The notes under the pieces: generated by a model
Seen by the model: only the letters and a program-made list of their open reading frames with translations
The model's database searches: none
Told to the model about the DNA's origin: nothing
Part shown: one piece after another, positions 63,340 through 64,000 of the stretch
Numbering within the stretch: position 1 is the stretch's first letter
How the letters are laid out: every line of letters begins with the position of its first letter
Source: Rhizophagus irregularis
Lineage: Eukaryota
Direction: 5' to 3'
Length of the DNA stretch: 64,000 nucleotides
NCBI RefSeq assembly: GCF_026210795.1
Contig: NC_089429.1
Coordinates: 2,170,001 to 2,234,000 of the forward strand
Program-made: the position numbers and the translations under genes

Positions 63340-63620
63340 CCGCCATAGTTACAAAAAGGTCGGTGAAAAATCATCATGATATCTATATATATATTTTCTT
63401 TTTTTTGTTAAATTATTTTTTTTATTAAAAGAAACGTTAACGTTTCTTTCCTTTTCCATTTCACTTTTCTTTAACGAAACGTCAAAAAACGTTTCGAAAA
63501 TAATTTTTTTTTCACATTGTTTTAATCTAACGTTCCGATTTTTTTTTATTTCATTTTTTAGCGAATATATATATATAGATATCATGGCGGTCGAATAGTT
63601 TTTGACCATTCACGGGTTTT
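63340..63620. repeat. Degraded inverted-repeat (foldback/MITE-like) segment
   Basis: catgatatctatatatatatt at 63375 is inverted at ~63566-63586. Confidence 0.45.
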
Positions 63621-64000
63621 AATTATATGGCATGGGATTTCAAGTTACACAATTCAAACTATTTATACATACCTAGGGGATAGATAAATAACGGGGGGGC
63701 CAACTCATGGTTACACAACTATGTTGGATCATGGATTGAACTGAAGTCATATATAAATTACTAATATTTAATATGACGATCCTTACAAATGTAAAATATT
63801 AATGCCTTCGATTTCACTAAAAATGAAACAATTGTGAGACAAACAGATCATGCCATAAAGATACGTTGCTCATCTATATACAAAATGAATTTTATCGTTG
63901 TCGCGCTTCTAGTTTTTAAAATAAACACGATCAAGGTATTTCAATTAGCAAAATTTAACGAAACTTCAAGACAAGTTAAAAATGGTAATAATAAAAAACT

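Overview
Very AT-rich eukaryotic DNA with short GT-AG introns. The gene families point to a Glomeromycota (arbuscular mycorrhizal) fungus such as Rhizophagus; this is inferred from family resemblance, not from a search. The window holds three kinds of content. (1) An intronless F-box/LRR-like family in birth-and-death: 3 intact ORFs, 1 copy with a single frameshift, 2 large pseudogenes and 3 small relics, including a ~3.5 kb-period tandem triplication at 40.6-49.5 kb. (2) Three multi-exon TKL-type protein kinases with a Cys-rich CxxC N-terminal domain, plus one relic. One kinase has a ~14x internal coiled-coil repeat expansion, and another has a hAT-type element inserted in a 3' exon. (3) Two intronless singletons, which are the most interesting: a ubiquitin-like domain ending in Gly-Gly fused to an ADP-ribosyltransferase-fold domain (9869-10825), and a membrane protein with DEG/ENaC-like motifs (38262-39467). 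There is also one tRNA-Lys(CTT). Intergenic DNA is rich in non-autonomous DNA transposons whose TIRs and TSDs can be read by eye (hAT-like, MULE-like, Tc1/mariner-like, CCCT-ended), some of them nested, together with probable retroelement relics. All calls were made by eye, and intron boundaries are predictions.
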